NCBI GenBank assembly: GCA_963707635.1
Contig: OY970173.1
Location: forward strand, 1,888,001-1,952,000
Length of the DNA: 64,000 bases
Direction: 5' to 3'
Source of the DNA: Candidatus Latescibacterota bacterium
GTDB taxonomy: Bacteria; Krumholzibacteriota; Krumholzibacteriia; WVZY01; JAKEHA01
Positions 8,227 through 18,729 of the stretch are shown here, piece after piece. Every line of letters begins with the position of its first letter. The first letter of the stretch is position 1. Both the position numbers and the translations under genes were made by a program. The notes below the pieces were generated by a model. That model made no database searches. It was not told where the DNA came from and saw only the letters and a list, made by a program, of their open reading frames with translations.

Positions 8227-10728
8227 ATGAAAACTACCCGACCGATGAACGTGCAACCCGCCACGATCGTGACGCCGGCGAGCCTTCCGGACCCGCTGGC
8301 GGATGCATTCCGCCGCTGGGGCTATCTTCTCTGCGACCTCGACCCGCTGGACCGAATGCCGCCGTACGAGCATCCCGACATCACGGATGCCGTCGCGGTT
8401 GCCGGCGAGAACGAAGCGCGGAGGTGGCGGGAGATCTACGGCGGCCCGATCGGCTTCGAGTTCATGCACATGCCGGAACGCGATCGCGTCGAGTGGATGC
8501 GCGACGCCGTCGAAGCGGGCCCGCCCGCGACCGATTCGCGCTGGATTCTCTCGCGCCTGATGGAAACCGAGTTGTTCGAGAAGTTCCTCCACTTGAAGTA
8601 CGTGGGGAGCAAACGCTTTTCGGTCGAGGGCGTGGCGGCGATGATCCCGCTGCTCGACTCGGTGCTGGATGCGTCCGCGGAATTGGGAACCGAGTACCTG
8701 TACATGGCGATGAGCCATCGCGGGCGCCTCAACGTGATGAAGAGCATCGTCAACATTCCGGTGGAGGACATTTTCGCGGGCATCGAGGACGTCGACCCCC
8801 GGAGTGTGCTGGGCAGCGGCGACGTCAAGTATCACATTGGCGCCACCGGCCGCTACCGCACCCATTCGGGGCGCGACATCGAGGTGCATCTCTCGTCGAA
8901 TCCGAGCCACCTGGAGGCCGTCGACAGCGTGATCATGGGGCGCACGCGCGCCCGCCAGGAGCGCTGGGGCGTCACCGGCGCCGACCGCATACTCCCCGTC
9001 ACCCTGCACGGAGACGCCGCATTCGCGGGGCAGGGGATCACGTCGGAGACCCTGAACCTGGCCAACCTCGCGCACTACTCGGTGGGCGGGACGATCCACG
9101 TGATCGTCAACAACTTCATCGGATTCACCGCCGAACCGGCAGTGCTACACAGCGCGCGCTTTTCGTCGGAGGCGGCCAAGCGCGTATCGATGCCGATCAT
9201 CCACGTGAACGCGGAGGAGCTCGACGCGGTGTGGTGGGCGGGGAGGCTCGCCGCCGCGTACCGGAACCGGTTCAAGAGCGACGTCGTGATCGATCTGATC
9301 GGATTCCGCCGCTACGGTCACAGCGAGGTCGAGGATCCGACCATCACGCAGCCGCTCCTCTACGAGCGAATCGCCAGGCACCCGCTGGCGTGGGAGGTCT
9401 ACGCGGAGCGCCTCGAGCTGGACGCGGCGGCCGTCGCTGCCATGAAACAGGAAGCGACCGCGGGGCTGACCGAGGGCCAGGAGAAGGGCCGGGCCCACCA
9501 GCAGCGCCCCGTGTTCTGGAAGCTCCCCGAGTTCTGGGGCCACTACCAGGGCGGGCCCTACGACCCGAGCTTCGAAGTGCCCACGGCGGTCGACGCCGAG
9601 CGGTTGCGCGACGTCGCCGCGCGCATCACGGCCGTGCCTCCCGGGTTTGCGCCGCACCCGAAGATGTCGAAGCTGCTCCTCCAGCGCGCCGACATGGCGG
9701 CGGGGAATCGCAAGGTGGACTGGGGGATGGCGGAGGCGCTGGCCTTCGGCACGCTGGTCACGGAGGGCGTGCGTGTGCGCCTCACGGGACAGGATTCGCG
9801 CCGCGGCACGTTCAACCATCGCCACGCCGCGCTGATCGACGTGAAGACGGGCCGGGACTATCTGCCGCTCGAGCACGTCGCGGACGGGCAGGCGTCGTTC
9901 GTGGCCGTGGACACGCCGCTTTCGGAAGCGGGCGCGATGGGGTTCGAGTACGGCTACAGCCGCGAGTTTCCGGATGCGCTGGTGCTCTGGGAGGCGCAGT
10001 TCGGCGACTTCGCCAACGGCGCGCAGATCATCATCGACCAGTTCGTGTGCGCCGGCGAAGACAAGTGGAATCTGCTCACCGGGCTCGTGCTGCTCCTGCC
10101 GCACGGGCACGAGGGGCAGGGGCCCGAGCACTCGAGCGCGCGCATCGAGCGCTTCCTGCAAGTGGCGGCGCAGGACAGCATCCAGGTCTGTCAGCCATCG
10201 ACGGCGGGGAACTATTTCCACCTCCTGCGCCGGCAGGCGCTTCGCTCCTGGCGCAAACCCCTGGTCGTGTTCACGCCGAAGAGCGTGCTGCGAGCCGAGT
10301 CGGCCGGCTCCGACGTGTCCGAGCTCGCCACCGGCTCCTTCCGCCCGGTGCTCGGCGACTCCGAAGCGTCGAACGTGCGCGCGATCCTGATTTGCTCGGG
10401 CAAGATCGCGCACGAGCTGCGCGCCGAACGGGCCGCGCAGGGAGCCATGGACCGGGCCATCGTGACGGTGGAGCAGCTGTATCCGTTCCCGTCGGCGGCT
10501 CTGGCGGAAGCTCTCGGTCAATTCCCCGAAACCGCGAAGATCGTGTGGGTCCAGGAAGAGCCCGCGAACATGGGCGCCCTGGGCTACATCCGCCCCCTGC
10601 TCAAGTCGGTCGCCGGCGTCCGCCACGTGACCAGCATCAAGCGCTACGAGAGCGCCAGCCCCGCCACGGGGTCCGCGAAGGCGCACGCGCTGGAGCAGAA
10701 AGCACTCATCAAACTGGCGTTTGCTTGA
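8227..10728 (+). CDS. sucA: 2-oxoglutarate dehydrogenase E1 component
   Basis: KRFSVEG, MSHRGRLN, GDVKYH, HGDAAFAGQG (ThDP), GQDSRRGTFNHRHA, WEAQFGDF, GPEHSSAR. The start may be 8245. Confidence 0.93.
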   Translation: MKTTRPMNVQPATIVTPASLPDPLADAFRRWGYLLCDLDPLDRMPPYEHPDITDAVAVAGENEARRWREIYGGPIGFEFMHMPERDRVEWMRDAVEAGPPATDSRWILSRLMETELFEKFLHLKYVGSKRFSVEGVAAMIPLLDSVLDASAELGTEYLYMAMSHRGRLNVMKSIVNIPVEDIFAGIEDVDPRSVLGSGDVKYHIGATGRYRTHSGRDIEVHLSSNPSHLEAVDSVIMGRTRARQERWGVTGADRILPVTLHGDAAFAGQGITSETLNLANLAHYSVGGTIHVIVNNFIGFTAEPAVLHSARFSSEAAKRVSMPIIHVNAEELDAVWWAGRLAAAYRNRFKSDVVIDLIGFRRYGHSEVEDPTITQPLLYERIARHPLAWEVYAERLELDAAAVAAMKQEATAGLTEGQEKGRAHQQRPVFWKLPEFWGHYQGGPYDPSFEVPTAVDAERLRDVAARITAVPPGFAPHPKMSKLLLQRADMAAGNRKVDWGMAEALAFGTLVTEGVRVRLTGQDSRRGTFNHRHAALIDVKTGRDYLPLEHVADGQASFVAVDTPLSEAGAMGFEYGYSREFPDALVLWEAQFGDFANGAQIIIDQFVCAGEDKWNLLTGLVLLLPHGHEGQGPEHSSARIERFLQVAAQDSIQVCQPSTAGNYFHLLRRQALRSWRKPLVVFTPKSVLRAESAGSDVSELATGSFRPVLGDSEASNVRAILICSGKIAHELRAERAAQGAMDRAIVTVEQLYPFPSAALAEALGQFPETAKIVWVQEEPANMGALGYIRPLLKSVAGVRHVTSIKRYESASPATGSAKAHALEQKALIKLAFA

Positions 10729-10920
10729 GCGTGGTGCCCATCGGGCACCGGACTCCGCCGCGCGGGTTTCGACCCCGTCCTTCGACGTCCTCTTGGTTCC
10801 TCATCGCACCTCGGTGTGACGGAAAAACATTCCTCCTGCCGGCGTTTCTCCTGTTCCGCGATTGTGTATCGTTCTTGCTCTGCCCGCTGCGATTAACTGC
10901 GGTCTGGGAGACCGTGTCCA

Positions 10921-12600
10921 ATGTGGATCGTGCCGTTCAACAGGGTCCGAAAGAGTTTCTCCGCCAAGATCATCCTGCTGGTCGCGCTGAGCGTGATCGT
11001 CACGTCCTTCGTGGTCGGGCTGGCGACGACGCATAGCACCGGCCAGTTCCTCACCGAGCGGATGAAGGATCGCTTCCCGTCGACGCTCACCATCACCAGC
11101 ACACGACTGCGGCTCTGGCACGACCGCCAAATGCGCGAGCTCGCCCGGCTGGGCACGTCACGCACCCTGCAGGAGAGCCTGTTGCGCATCGCGAGCGTGG
11201 GCGACCCGAAAGCGAGCGCGCGCTACCGGGCCGACGCGGGGCAATTTCTCAAACTCGTCCATCCCAGCTACACCGTGTTCGAGGACCTGCTGGTGCTCGA
11301 CGCGCACGGAAAGCTCATTGCCTCCGCCGCGGGTGCGAGCGCCGCGGATGCGGCGGAAGCATGGGCCCAGCTCGACGAGCTGGGGCTGGAGCCCGGAGTT
11401 TCTCCTCCCATGCCGGGTACCCACGGCTTCCACCAGTGGTTCTACGTCCCTGCCGCCGATTCCACCCGCCTGACGGAAAAGCACCCGTGGATGGTGGCGC
11501 GCGTCAACCTGGCAACGATGAGCGACATTCTCGGTGAGGTCAAACTCGGCGACGGTGGAGACCTGTACCTGCTCGAGGGACAAGGACGGTTTCTGACCGA
11601 ACCTCGCCTGGCGACCGCGTGGCTGGTGGGCACGGAGGGCATGCAGGTGCCCACGCGTCAGACCGGGCCCGTGGTGGTGGAACGCCGCAAGAGCTACGGC
11701 GGGCGCGAGGTCTTTCACAGCAAGATCCATTTCGAAGAGCTTGGGTGGTGGCTGGTCTACGAAGAGGACTACAGCACCGCGATGGCGCCCGTGCTCGAGG
11801 CGCAGCGCCGCATCTGGGTATCCGTGCTCGTGGTCGGGGCGATGGCGATCCTCGCCGCGCTGCGCATCGCCCAGTCCATTCTCAAGCCGATCAAGGGGCT
11901 GGCGGTCGGTGCCAGCCGCATCAACGAGGGGCTCGTGGGCGTCAAGATTCCAAAGGGCGCCGACGACGAGATCGGCATGATGATCGACACGTTCAACGAG
12001 ATGGCGACCAAGATCTCGCTGTCGCAGGCCGAGCTCCAGTATAAGAACAAGATGCTGAATTCATCGAACGAGCGCCTGCAGGACATGAATGACCAGCTGG
12101 AAAAACTCTCGGTCACCGACGGGCTGACCGGCCTGTTCAATCATCGCCACTTCTGGAATCTCCTGAACACGGAGCTGACGCGTGTCAACCTGCACCAGGG
12201 ACACCTGGCCCTGGTGCTGCTCGATCTCGACGACTTCAAGAAGGTGAACGACAAGTTCGGTCATTCCGTGGGGGATCTGCTCCTGCAGACAGTGGGGAAC
12301 GTGTTGAGCGATACGGTGCGCGACACCGACATCGTGGCGCGTTACGGCGGCGAGGAGTTCGGCGTCCTCCTGCCGGACACCGACGAGAGCGGCGTCCAGC
12401 AGGTCGCCGAGAAGATACGCGCCTCCATCGAGGCGATCCGCTTCAGCATTCCCGACACCGACATCGTGCTCAAGGTGACCGTGAGCATCGGCGTGTCGGT
12501 GTTCCGCGGCAACCGCCGCGAGTTCTTCAACGCGGCCGACCGTGCGCTGTACAAGTCGAAAGCCGCCGGCAAGAACTGCGTCCACTACGCGCTCACGTAG
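10921..12600 (+). CDS. Membrane diguanylate cyclase (TM-Cache-TM-HAMP-GGDEF)
   Basis: Two TM helices, a HAMP domain (DDEIGMMIDTFNEMA), TDGLTGLFN, an RDTD I-site and RYGGEEF. Confidence 0.92.
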   Translation: MWIVPFNRVRKSFSAKIILLVALSVIVTSFVVGLATTHSTGQFLTERMKDRFPSTLTITSTRLRLWHDRQMRELARLGTSRTLQESLLRIASVGDPKASARYRADAGQFLKLVHPSYTVFEDLLVLDAHGKLIASAAGASAADAAEAWAQLDELGLEPGVSPPMPGTHGFHQWFYVPAADSTRLTEKHPWMVARVNLATMSDILGEVKLGDGGDLYLLEGQGRFLTEPRLATAWLVGTEGMQVPTRQTGPVVVERRKSYGGREVFHSKIHFEELGWWLVYEEDYSTAMAPVLEAQRRIWVSVLVVGAMAILAALRIAQSILKPIKGLAVGASRINEGLVGVKIPKGADDEIGMMIDTFNEMATKISLSQAELQYKNKMLNSSNERLQDMNDQLEKLSVTDGLTGLFNHRHFWNLLNTELTRVNLHQGHLALVLLDLDDFKKVNDKFGHSVGDLLLQTVGNVLSDTVRDTDIVARYGGEEFGVLLPDTDESGVQQVAEKIRASIEAIRFSIPDTDIVLKVTVSIGVSVFRGNRREFFNAADRALYKSKAAGKNCVHYALT

Positions 12601-12624
12601 CGCCTCTTGAGCTTTTCGGATCTC

Positions 12625-12720
12625 CGCGGGTCCTGTCGCCGACAGCCCGGGGCGGCTCGCTTCGTCCGCGCCTACGCACTAGACTCGCTCGCCGCCCGGG
12701 CGCCCGTCGGCGCCACCCGC
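12625..12720 (+). repeat. Structured dispersed intergenic repeat, copy 1
   Basis: Aligns with 41988-42084 (cgcgggtcctgtcg..cc.acagcccg...gcgcct.cgcact...cgggcgcccgt.gg..gccacccgc). Confidence 0.75.
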
Positions 12721-12810
12721 TCGTCCCACACTAACCTGCGCCTGGCCGACACGGCGTGCATCGGTCAGGCCACAGGACCCGCGTTTGGATAGGTGTCGGG
12801 AAACTCGAAA

Positions 12811-13554
12811 CTAGCGGACGACGGAGGTGTGGATCCAGCCTTCGGCGCCGGACGTCGCGCGCACGCGGTACCAGTCGCCGGAGAGGTCGAGGCAAACCAG
12901 CGTGGCCTCATGGTTGAGGCGCTCGACCACGTCGTAATTCTGACCCGGGCCGTTGCGGAGGTTGGCGGTGTCCACCACGACTGAAACCGACGCGGGGAGG
13001 ATACCGAGGCGTGCGCGACGTTCCGCGCCGCTCATCATGTGATCCGCGCGCTCGGAAAAGAAGAGCGCGGCGGTGTAGTTCTGGTCTCGTATGAGGCGTT
13101 CGGCCGTATTGATGAGGCCGAGGACGTGGGTCGCGGTCGTATCCGATGCGGAAAACAGGTGGTCGCCCTGCATTCGGTCGTACCGGATCCGGGCCTCCGC
13201 CGTCGCGGTGACCGCGGACGCCTTGCCGTAGTTGCTCGCCATCTGCTCTTCGAAGGCCACGAACTGGTTTTCGACGAGCTTGAAGTCCTCGTGCGCCCAG
13301 TTCAGTTCGTCCTGGAGTATCGCGTTGGACTGCGCGAGCCGTTCGCGTTCGCGGCGCAGCTGCTCGACTTCGGCCGTGAGTCTGTCGTTGGCCTTCTGGA
13401 GGCTCTCCGGGCTGCCGCTCGACTTGCTGCGGCTACGCCCGTGACGATCGGAACGGTCGCCCCCTTCGCCCGCCGGCACGGTTGCACAGCCCGCGGAGGC
13501 CACGATCAGGGTGGCGGCGATCAGCGCGCGAACACTTGAAGCGTGGGTGATCAT
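12811..13554 (-). CDS. Lipoprotein with coiled coil and C-terminal SH3b domain
   Basis: Lipobox-like SAGC, a coiled coil, and ANLRNGPGQNYDVV...GDWYRV...EGWIH. Confidence 0.8.
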   Translation of the reverse strand: MITHASSVRALIAATLIVASAGCATVPAGEGGDRSDRHGRSRSKSSGSPESLQKANDRLTAEVEQLRRERERLAQSNAILQDELNWAHEDFKLVENQFVAFEEQMASNYGKASAVTATAEARIRYDRMQGDHLFSASDTTATHVLGLINTAERLIRDQNYTAALFFSERADHMMSGAERRARLGILPASVSVVVDTANLRNGPGQNYDVVERLNHEATLVCLDLSGDWYRVRATSGAEGWIHTSVVR

Positions 13555-13660
13555 ACCGTCCTCTCGGTGGCAAGGGGCGTGCCACCGGTGACGCGCCGTG
13601 GTCGGGGCGCTGCGAGAACGGCCCGGGAACAACGGGAAACGATCGGGTGCGCGGGCGCCG

Positions 13661-14284
13661 CTATCGGCGGGAGTAGTGACGAACCAGGGCCTGCGAAGAG
13701 CGATGGATCGACGTAGCCGCCGCGATCTTGAACGCGTCGCCGGGCAAGAACGGGACGACGCCCACCGCGAGCGACCGTCCGAGATCGTGGGTGTAGAAGA
13801 CGGTCAGATACAGAACACCCAGCGCGAGAATCAGCACTTTGCCGACGGTAAAGGAAAACACCTGCCAGCGGATCGAATTCGAACGACGCAGCAGCGCGCC
13901 GACCACCCACGGGGTGACGAGAAAGCCCAGCAGGTACCCGCCGGTCGGACCGGTCAGGACCGAAACGCCCCCCGCACCGCCGGCAAACATCGGAAGCCCG
14001 GCGACGCCGAGACCCACGTAGAGGATCTGACTGAGCGAGCCCCACCCCGAGCCGATCGATGCGCCCGCGAGGAGAACGAACAGGGTCTGCATCGTGATGG
14101 GCACGGGCGAGATCGGGATCACGATGTTGGCCCCGACCACGGTGAGCAGGGTGAACAGGACCGACAGGGCGATGCCCACGGCGACGCGACGCGTGCCCGC
14201 GGCCGGGAGCACCCAGGCTGCGATGGGGGACGCAGTTGCCACCGCGGCGGTGCTTGAGATGGTTACGTCTCGCTTGATCGACAT
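13661..14284 (-). CDS. bioY: Biotin transporter BioY
   Basis: PVPITMQTLFVLLAG, GLPMFAGG, GPTGGYLLGF, PFLPGDAFK. Confidence 0.92.
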   Translation of the reverse strand: MSIKRDVTISSTAAVATASPIAAWVLPAAGTRRVAVGIALSVLFTLLTVVGANIVIPISPVPITMQTLFVLLAGASIGSGWGSLSQILYVGLGVAGLPMFAGGAGGVSVLTGPTGGYLLGFLVTPWVVGALLRRSNSIRWQVFSFTVGKVLILALGVLYLTVFYTHDLGRSLAVGVVPFLPGDAFKIAAATSIHRSSQALVRHYSRR

Positions 14285-14375
14285 TGGCTCACTCCATCCA
14301 GAGAGGTCCTGGCCATCGCCCCGGGACGGCGGCGGTGGCCACGGTTCCGTATGTTCGCGACGAACGGGGCCGCTG

Positions 14376-15518
14376 TCAAGGCCTATCGCCGCACCCGATG
14401 CGCGCAAGGAAATCGGCACCCGCTTCGAGCGCGGCGCCGGGCGGCGTGCCGAGCAAACGGTCGACGCGGTCGCACACCAGGTCCGCGTGCGCGAGCAGCG
14501 AATGCGAAAACCACGTGGGGTATCCGTCGTGCGCAAGCAGCCAGCCCCAGGGGGACGCGTCGCGCGGCGCCGCGAGTTCGGATACGACGAGCGCGGTGCG
14601 CCAGCCGAAGGAGCGCGCGGCGATCACGTCCGTGCGCAGATTGTCGCCGACGTAGAGAATGCGGTCCCCGGTCGCGCCGAGCCACGACTCGACGTCACGG
14701 GCGCTCCAGCCTTCCCGCACGATCGTGTCGCCGTGCGTGCCCTCCGGGACGGATCCCGTGGGGCGGCCCGGCTCGAAAAACGCGGGCTTGCCTGCGTCGA
14801 CTATGACTCCCTGGAAGAGCGATCGCCAGGCGGGCCCGATCACGTTGTCCAGAACCACCTCGGCGTAGTCGCGATGAGAGTTCGTGACGACGAAGAGACG
14901 TTTTCCCGCATCCAACCACGCGCGGAGAAGATCCTTCGCGTTTCCGGCTGCCGAGACGTAGCGACCGAGGTCGCGGGTGACGCGGCCCTTGAGCAACCCC
15001 CGGGTGTGCGCGACATCGAGCAGCCTCCGGATGTCGCCCGCCAATCCCACGAACGCGGACGAACCGTCGCGCGACGCAGCCACCCGCGGCGCCAGCTGCT
15101 CGAACAACCACGCCACCGGCGTGTCGAAGGGGGAATGGATCGCCGAGATCGTGGCGGTGGCGCCGTCCGTCCTCGCGTAGCGAGTCAGGATCTCCCGCTC
15201 GTGAAGCCATCGATGGCTTTGCCGCGCGAGGCGCACCCGCGTCCGTGCGTCCACCTTGAGGATGGCCCCGTGGCGAAGGTCGAGCGCCATGGTTCGCACC
15301 GGCGGAATCGGATCCGTCGGCATGGCGTCGAATGCGCGCGGCGAATAGCCGGCTTGCTCGATCAACAGGTCGATCGTCTCGGCCACGGCGAGCAGGTTCA
15401 GCGCGTGGTCGTCGTAGAGGGCGAGGGTGTGATCGAGGTCGAACCCCACCGCGTCGATCCTGGAAAGGTCGACCGCGCGGTTGACGTGGAGTCCGAACGT
15501 CGACACAGCGGAGTACAT
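14376..15518 (-). CDS. HAD-IG family 5'-nucleotidase
   Basis: GFDLDHTLALY, LFVVTNS, AGKPAFF, YVGDNLRTDV, GWRTALVVSEL. TTGACG-N17-TACGAT promoter at 15528-15556. Confidence 0.85.
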   Translation of the reverse strand: MYSAVSTFGLHVNRAVDLSRIDAVGFDLDHTLALYDDHALNLLAVAETIDLLIEQAGYSPRAFDAMPTDPIPPVRTMALDLRHGAILKVDARTRVRLARQSHRWLHEREILTRYARTDGATATISAIHSPFDTPVAWLFEQLAPRVAASRDGSSAFVGLAGDIRRLLDVAHTRGLLKGRVTRDLGRYVSAAGNAKDLLRAWLDAGKRLFVVTNSHRDYAEVVLDNVIGPAWRSLFQGVIVDAGKPAFFEPGRPTGSVPEGTHGDTIVREGWSARDVESWLGATGDRILYVGDNLRTDVIAARSFGWRTALVVSELAAPRDASPWGWLLAHDGYPTWFSHSLLAHADLVCDRVDRLLGTPPGAALEAGADFLARIGCGDRP

Positions 15519-15801
15519 GAGCAAGGAATCGTAATCCGGCGCGACACCGGCGTCAATCCGGCATCTGCCGGATCTCAAATGGGTTGCGCGGGCGGATTCG
15601 AGTTGGATGGAACCTCCGAAGCCTAACGGTGTCGCTGCGTGAAACCTTGCACAAGAAGCGATGGGGAATTACGCTTGCTTTTTAGGCATTATCGGACTAC
15701 CTATACGCTAGTAATCGGAACGCGTGACGCTAGGGGCAGAGAGGTTTGGCAGGCGGGGGAAGGTGTTCCCTGCGGCTACCGGGTGTAGTTAAGGAGTTCG
15801 C

Positions 15802-16227
15802 ATGAACCCCAAGTTTTTCACGGTCGAGGAAGCAAACGCCTTGATCGGCTTTCTCGAGAACACCCTCGAGCGCATTCGGCGCAACCGCCAGCGCTACCTG
15901 TGGTTGCTCGAGGAAGTGGCGATTCTCAAGCTCATCGTCGAGTGCGGGGCCGACCAGGCCAACCGGGATTCCGTCGAGCTCGATGAGAAGAGCCAGGAGA
16001 TCAAGGCAGTCGAAGCCGAGATCGAAAAAGCGCGCGGATCCGTTCGCGACGCCGGGTGTGTGCTGAAGGACGAGGAGAAGGGAATGGTGGATTTCTTCTC
16101 GATCCAGAACAACACCGTCGTTTATCTGTCGTGGAAAAAGGGGGAGGACTCGGTTCGGTTCTGGCGGTCCATTCGCGACGCCGACACCAACGTGAGGCGC
16201 CCCCTGGAAGGATCCCCGTCGACCTGA
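15802..16227 (+). CDS. DUF2203-like protein
   Basis: FTVEEANAL...GCVLKDEEKGMVDF...YLSWKKGE..FW pattern, with an AAGGAG RBS. Confidence 0.8.
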   Translation: MNPKFFTVEEANALIGFLENTLERIRRNRQRYLWLLEEVAILKLIVECGADQANRDSVELDEKSQEIKAVEAEIEKARGSVRDAGCVLKDEEKGMVDFFSIQNNTVVYLSWKKGEDSVRFWRSIRDADTNVRRPLEGSPST

Positions 16228-16300
16228 TGCGTCGCGGGGAATCCCGGTCTCCCGAACGCCGTCCGGCCGCCCGGACGGCGTTTTCTTTTGCCGCCGGCGC

Positions 16301-17989
16301 CTACAGCACCGTGTAGTTCGGTCCCTGGCCGCCTTCCGGCGGTGTCCAGCGGATGTTGTCCAGCGGGCACTTGATGTCGCAGGTCTGGCAGTGCACGCAG
16401 TTGGCGAAGTTGACCTGCAGGCGCAGCGCGCCGCCGTCGGTTCCGATCATCTCGTAAACGTTGGCGGGGCAGAAACGATTGCACGGGTAGCGGTACTTGG
16501 ACACGCAGGTGTCGTAGCATTTGGTGGTGTCGAGCACCTTGAGATGCGAGGGCTGGTCTTCTCCGTGCATGGTGCCGGAGAGGTACACGTTGGCCACCTT
16601 GTCGAGAAAGCGCGTGCCGTCGTACCCGGGCGGCGGCGGCAACTCGCGGTCGACCGCGTAGTACTCCGCCACGCTCTTGAGCGTGTAGCGATCCTCCTTC
16701 GGGTGCGGGGCGCCCAACGCGTCGGCCCCGCCGGTGAGCTGCTGCAGCCCCAGGTGGAAGAACGCGCGCGGCATGCCGAGCGACATCGCGTGGTGGAAGT
16801 GTCGCGACTTGCGCATCTGGCGGCCCACGTAGCTCTCGTCCACCGCCTGCTGGTAGGGGGCGAGCGCCTGCTCGGAGAAATCACCGGCCACCAGCGCGTG
16901 GTAGAGCGTCTGCGCGGCCAGCATCCCCGATTTCATCGCGAGGTGGATCCCTTTCAGGCGCGCCATGTCGACCAGGGAGGCGGCCTCGCCGATCAGGAGC
17001 GCGCCGTCGGTGTGAAGCTTCGGGATCGAGTAGTACCCGCCGGCGCTGATGACCTTGGCCCCGTAGTACGCGCTCTTTCCGCCCTCGAGCAGCTTGGCGA
17101 TGGTCGGGTGGGCCTTGAACTGCTGGAGCTGCTGGTGCGGGTCGATGAACGGGTCCTTGTAGTCGAGCGGTGTCACCAGCCCCAGCGACACCAGATTGTT
17201 GCCCATGGTGTAGATGAACGTGCCGCCGACGCAGTCGCTGCGGAACGGGTAGCCCATGGTGTGGATCACGCGTCCAACGTCGGTGCGCCCGGGGGGCAAC
17301 TCGAACACTTCCTTCACCCCGGTCTCGAACACCTGGCGCGACTTTCCATCGAGCAGGTTGCGCCGCTCGATCAGCTGCTTGGACAAGTACCCGCGCGGCC
17401 CGTCGCCGAACACGGTGACCTTCGCACGCAGGTCGATGCCGGGCTCGAAGTTGGCCTTGCGCTCACCGTGCCGGTCGATGCCCTTGTCGCCGGTTCGCAC
17501 TCCGACGACGGCGCCATTCTCTTCCAGAATCTCCACGCCGGCGAAGCCGGGGAAGATGTTGACGCCCGCCGCCTCGACCAGCCCGCCCAGCCAGCGATTG
17601 AACCGGCCCAGCGCCACGATGTAGTTGCCGTGGTTGCGTAGCGGCGGGGGTGTCACGGGAAAGCGCAGCGCGTGGTTCGCCGTGAGGAAATACACGTCCT
17701 CGGCGTCGACGGTGTGCTCGATGGGGCAGCCTTTGTCCTGGTAGTCCGGGACCAGCTCGCGCAGCGCGATGGGGTCGAGCACCGCGCCGGAAAGCGAGTG
17801 CGCCCCCACTTCGCTGCCCTTTTCGATGATCGCGATCACGGGGCTCAAGGTCGCTCCCGGCCCGCCCTGCGAGACCCGTTGGTTGTGGGCCTCGATCATT
17901 CGCTGAAGGTGCAGCGCTCCCGCCAGGGACGCGGCCCCCGCGCCCACGAACAGTACGTCGACCTCCATGATCTCTCGATGCTCGGTCAT
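16301..17989 (-). CDS. Electron transfer flavoprotein-ubiquinone oxidoreductase
   Basis: IEKGSEVGAHSLSGA, KGIHLAMKSG, and C-terminal FCPANVYE...NCVHCQTCDIKCP...WTPPEGGQGPNY. GGAGG RBS. Confidence 0.93.
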   Translation of the reverse strand: MTEHREIMEVDVLFVGAGAASLAGALHLQRMIEAHNQRVSQGGPGATLSPVIAIIEKGSEVGAHSLSGAVLDPIALRELVPDYQDKGCPIEHTVDAEDVYFLTANHALRFPVTPPPLRNHGNYIVALGRFNRWLGGLVEAAGVNIFPGFAGVEILEENGAVVGVRTGDKGIDRHGERKANFEPGIDLRAKVTVFGDGPRGYLSKQLIERRNLLDGKSRQVFETGVKEVFELPPGRTDVGRVIHTMGYPFRSDCVGGTFIYTMGNNLVSLGLVTPLDYKDPFIDPHQQLQQFKAHPTIAKLLEGGKSAYYGAKVISAGGYYSIPKLHTDGALLIGEAASLVDMARLKGIHLAMKSGMLAAQTLYHALVAGDFSEQALAPYQQAVDESYVGRQMRKSRHFHHAMSLGMPRAFFHLGLQQLTGGADALGAPHPKEDRYTLKSVAEYYAVDRELPPPPGYDGTRFLDKVANVYLSGTMHGEDQPSHLKVLDTTKCYDTCVSKYRYPCNRFCPANVYEMIGTDGGALRLQVNFANCVHCQTCDIKCPLDNIRWTPPEGGQGPNYTVL

Positions 17990-18055
17990 GTTGCCTCCCG
18001 GCGGGACGTGACACCGCGCTCGCCGACGCGGCTGGGCGCCCGGCCCGCGCCGCGA

Positions 18056-18132
18056 ATCATACGGGCTTCGCGAACGCGCGTCAAAGCGTAACCCGGGAAT
18101 TGCCTTGACATTGGCCGGTTGTCGGGTAGATT
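18056..18132. promoter_or_regulatory. Divergent sigma70 promoters (ETF-QO and nuoI)
   Basis: Minus strand TTGACG-N17-TATGAT (18056-18084). Plus strand TTGACA-N16-TAGATT (18105-18132). Confidence 0.55.
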
Positions 18133-18195
18133 TAGCCTCACGTGAACTGAAGAACAAGCCGCCGCGGGCGCCTGTGCTCGCACGACTGGAGACCC

Positions 18196-18729
18196 ATGGC
18201 CACCCGCGTCATCACCACCGCACTCGATCAGCCGCGTTCCTGGTGGGAGCGAACCTACCTGGGGGAAGTCTTCCGCGGCCTCGGGATCACCATGGCGCAC
18301 ATGGTGAAGAACCTGGCGGAGCTGCGCAACGACCGGGTCGGAATGACTTACCAGTGGCCCGAGCAGCCGATGCCGCTGCCGCCGACATTCCGCGGCGAGC
18401 ATCGATTGATGCAGCGCCCCGACGGCACGCCGCGCTGCGTGTCGTGCAACTGCTGCGCGACCGCGTGCCCCGCCAATTGCATCGAGATCGTCGGCGCCGA
18501 TACCGGCCACGACGGCGTCGAGAAGTACCCGGTTCGATTCGACATCGACATCCTGCAGTGTGTCTACTGCGGTCTGTGCGTCGAGGCGTGTCCCTGCGAC
18601 GCGATTCGCATGGACACGGGGAAGATCACGGACGCGTACTTCGAGGGCCCGGTCAAGATCCTCGACATCGACTACCTCCTCAAGAACCACCCCGACGACA
18701 AGAGTCCCCTGAGCGAAGCGATCTACTGA
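18196..18729 (+). CDS. nuoI: NADH-quinone oxidoreductase subunit I (stand-alone)
   Basis: FRGEHRL...RCVSCNCCATACPANCI...FDIDILQCVYCGLCVEACPCDAIRM (2x 4Fe-4S). Confidence 0.88.
   Translation: MATRVITTALDQPRSWWERTYLGEVFRGLGITMAHMVKNLAELRNDRVGMTYQWPEQPMPLPPTFRGEHRLMQRPDGTPRCVSCNCCATACPANCIEIVGADTGHDGVEKYPVRFDIDILQCVYCGLCVEACPCDAIRMDTGKITDAYFEGPVKILDIDYLLKNHPDDKSPLSEAIY

Noticed and set aside
14285..14378. Possible UGA read-through after the HAD nucleotidase and other TGA-ending genes
   Set aside because: There is no Cys/Sec-type motif context and no recognisable conserved extension, unlike the radical SAM case.
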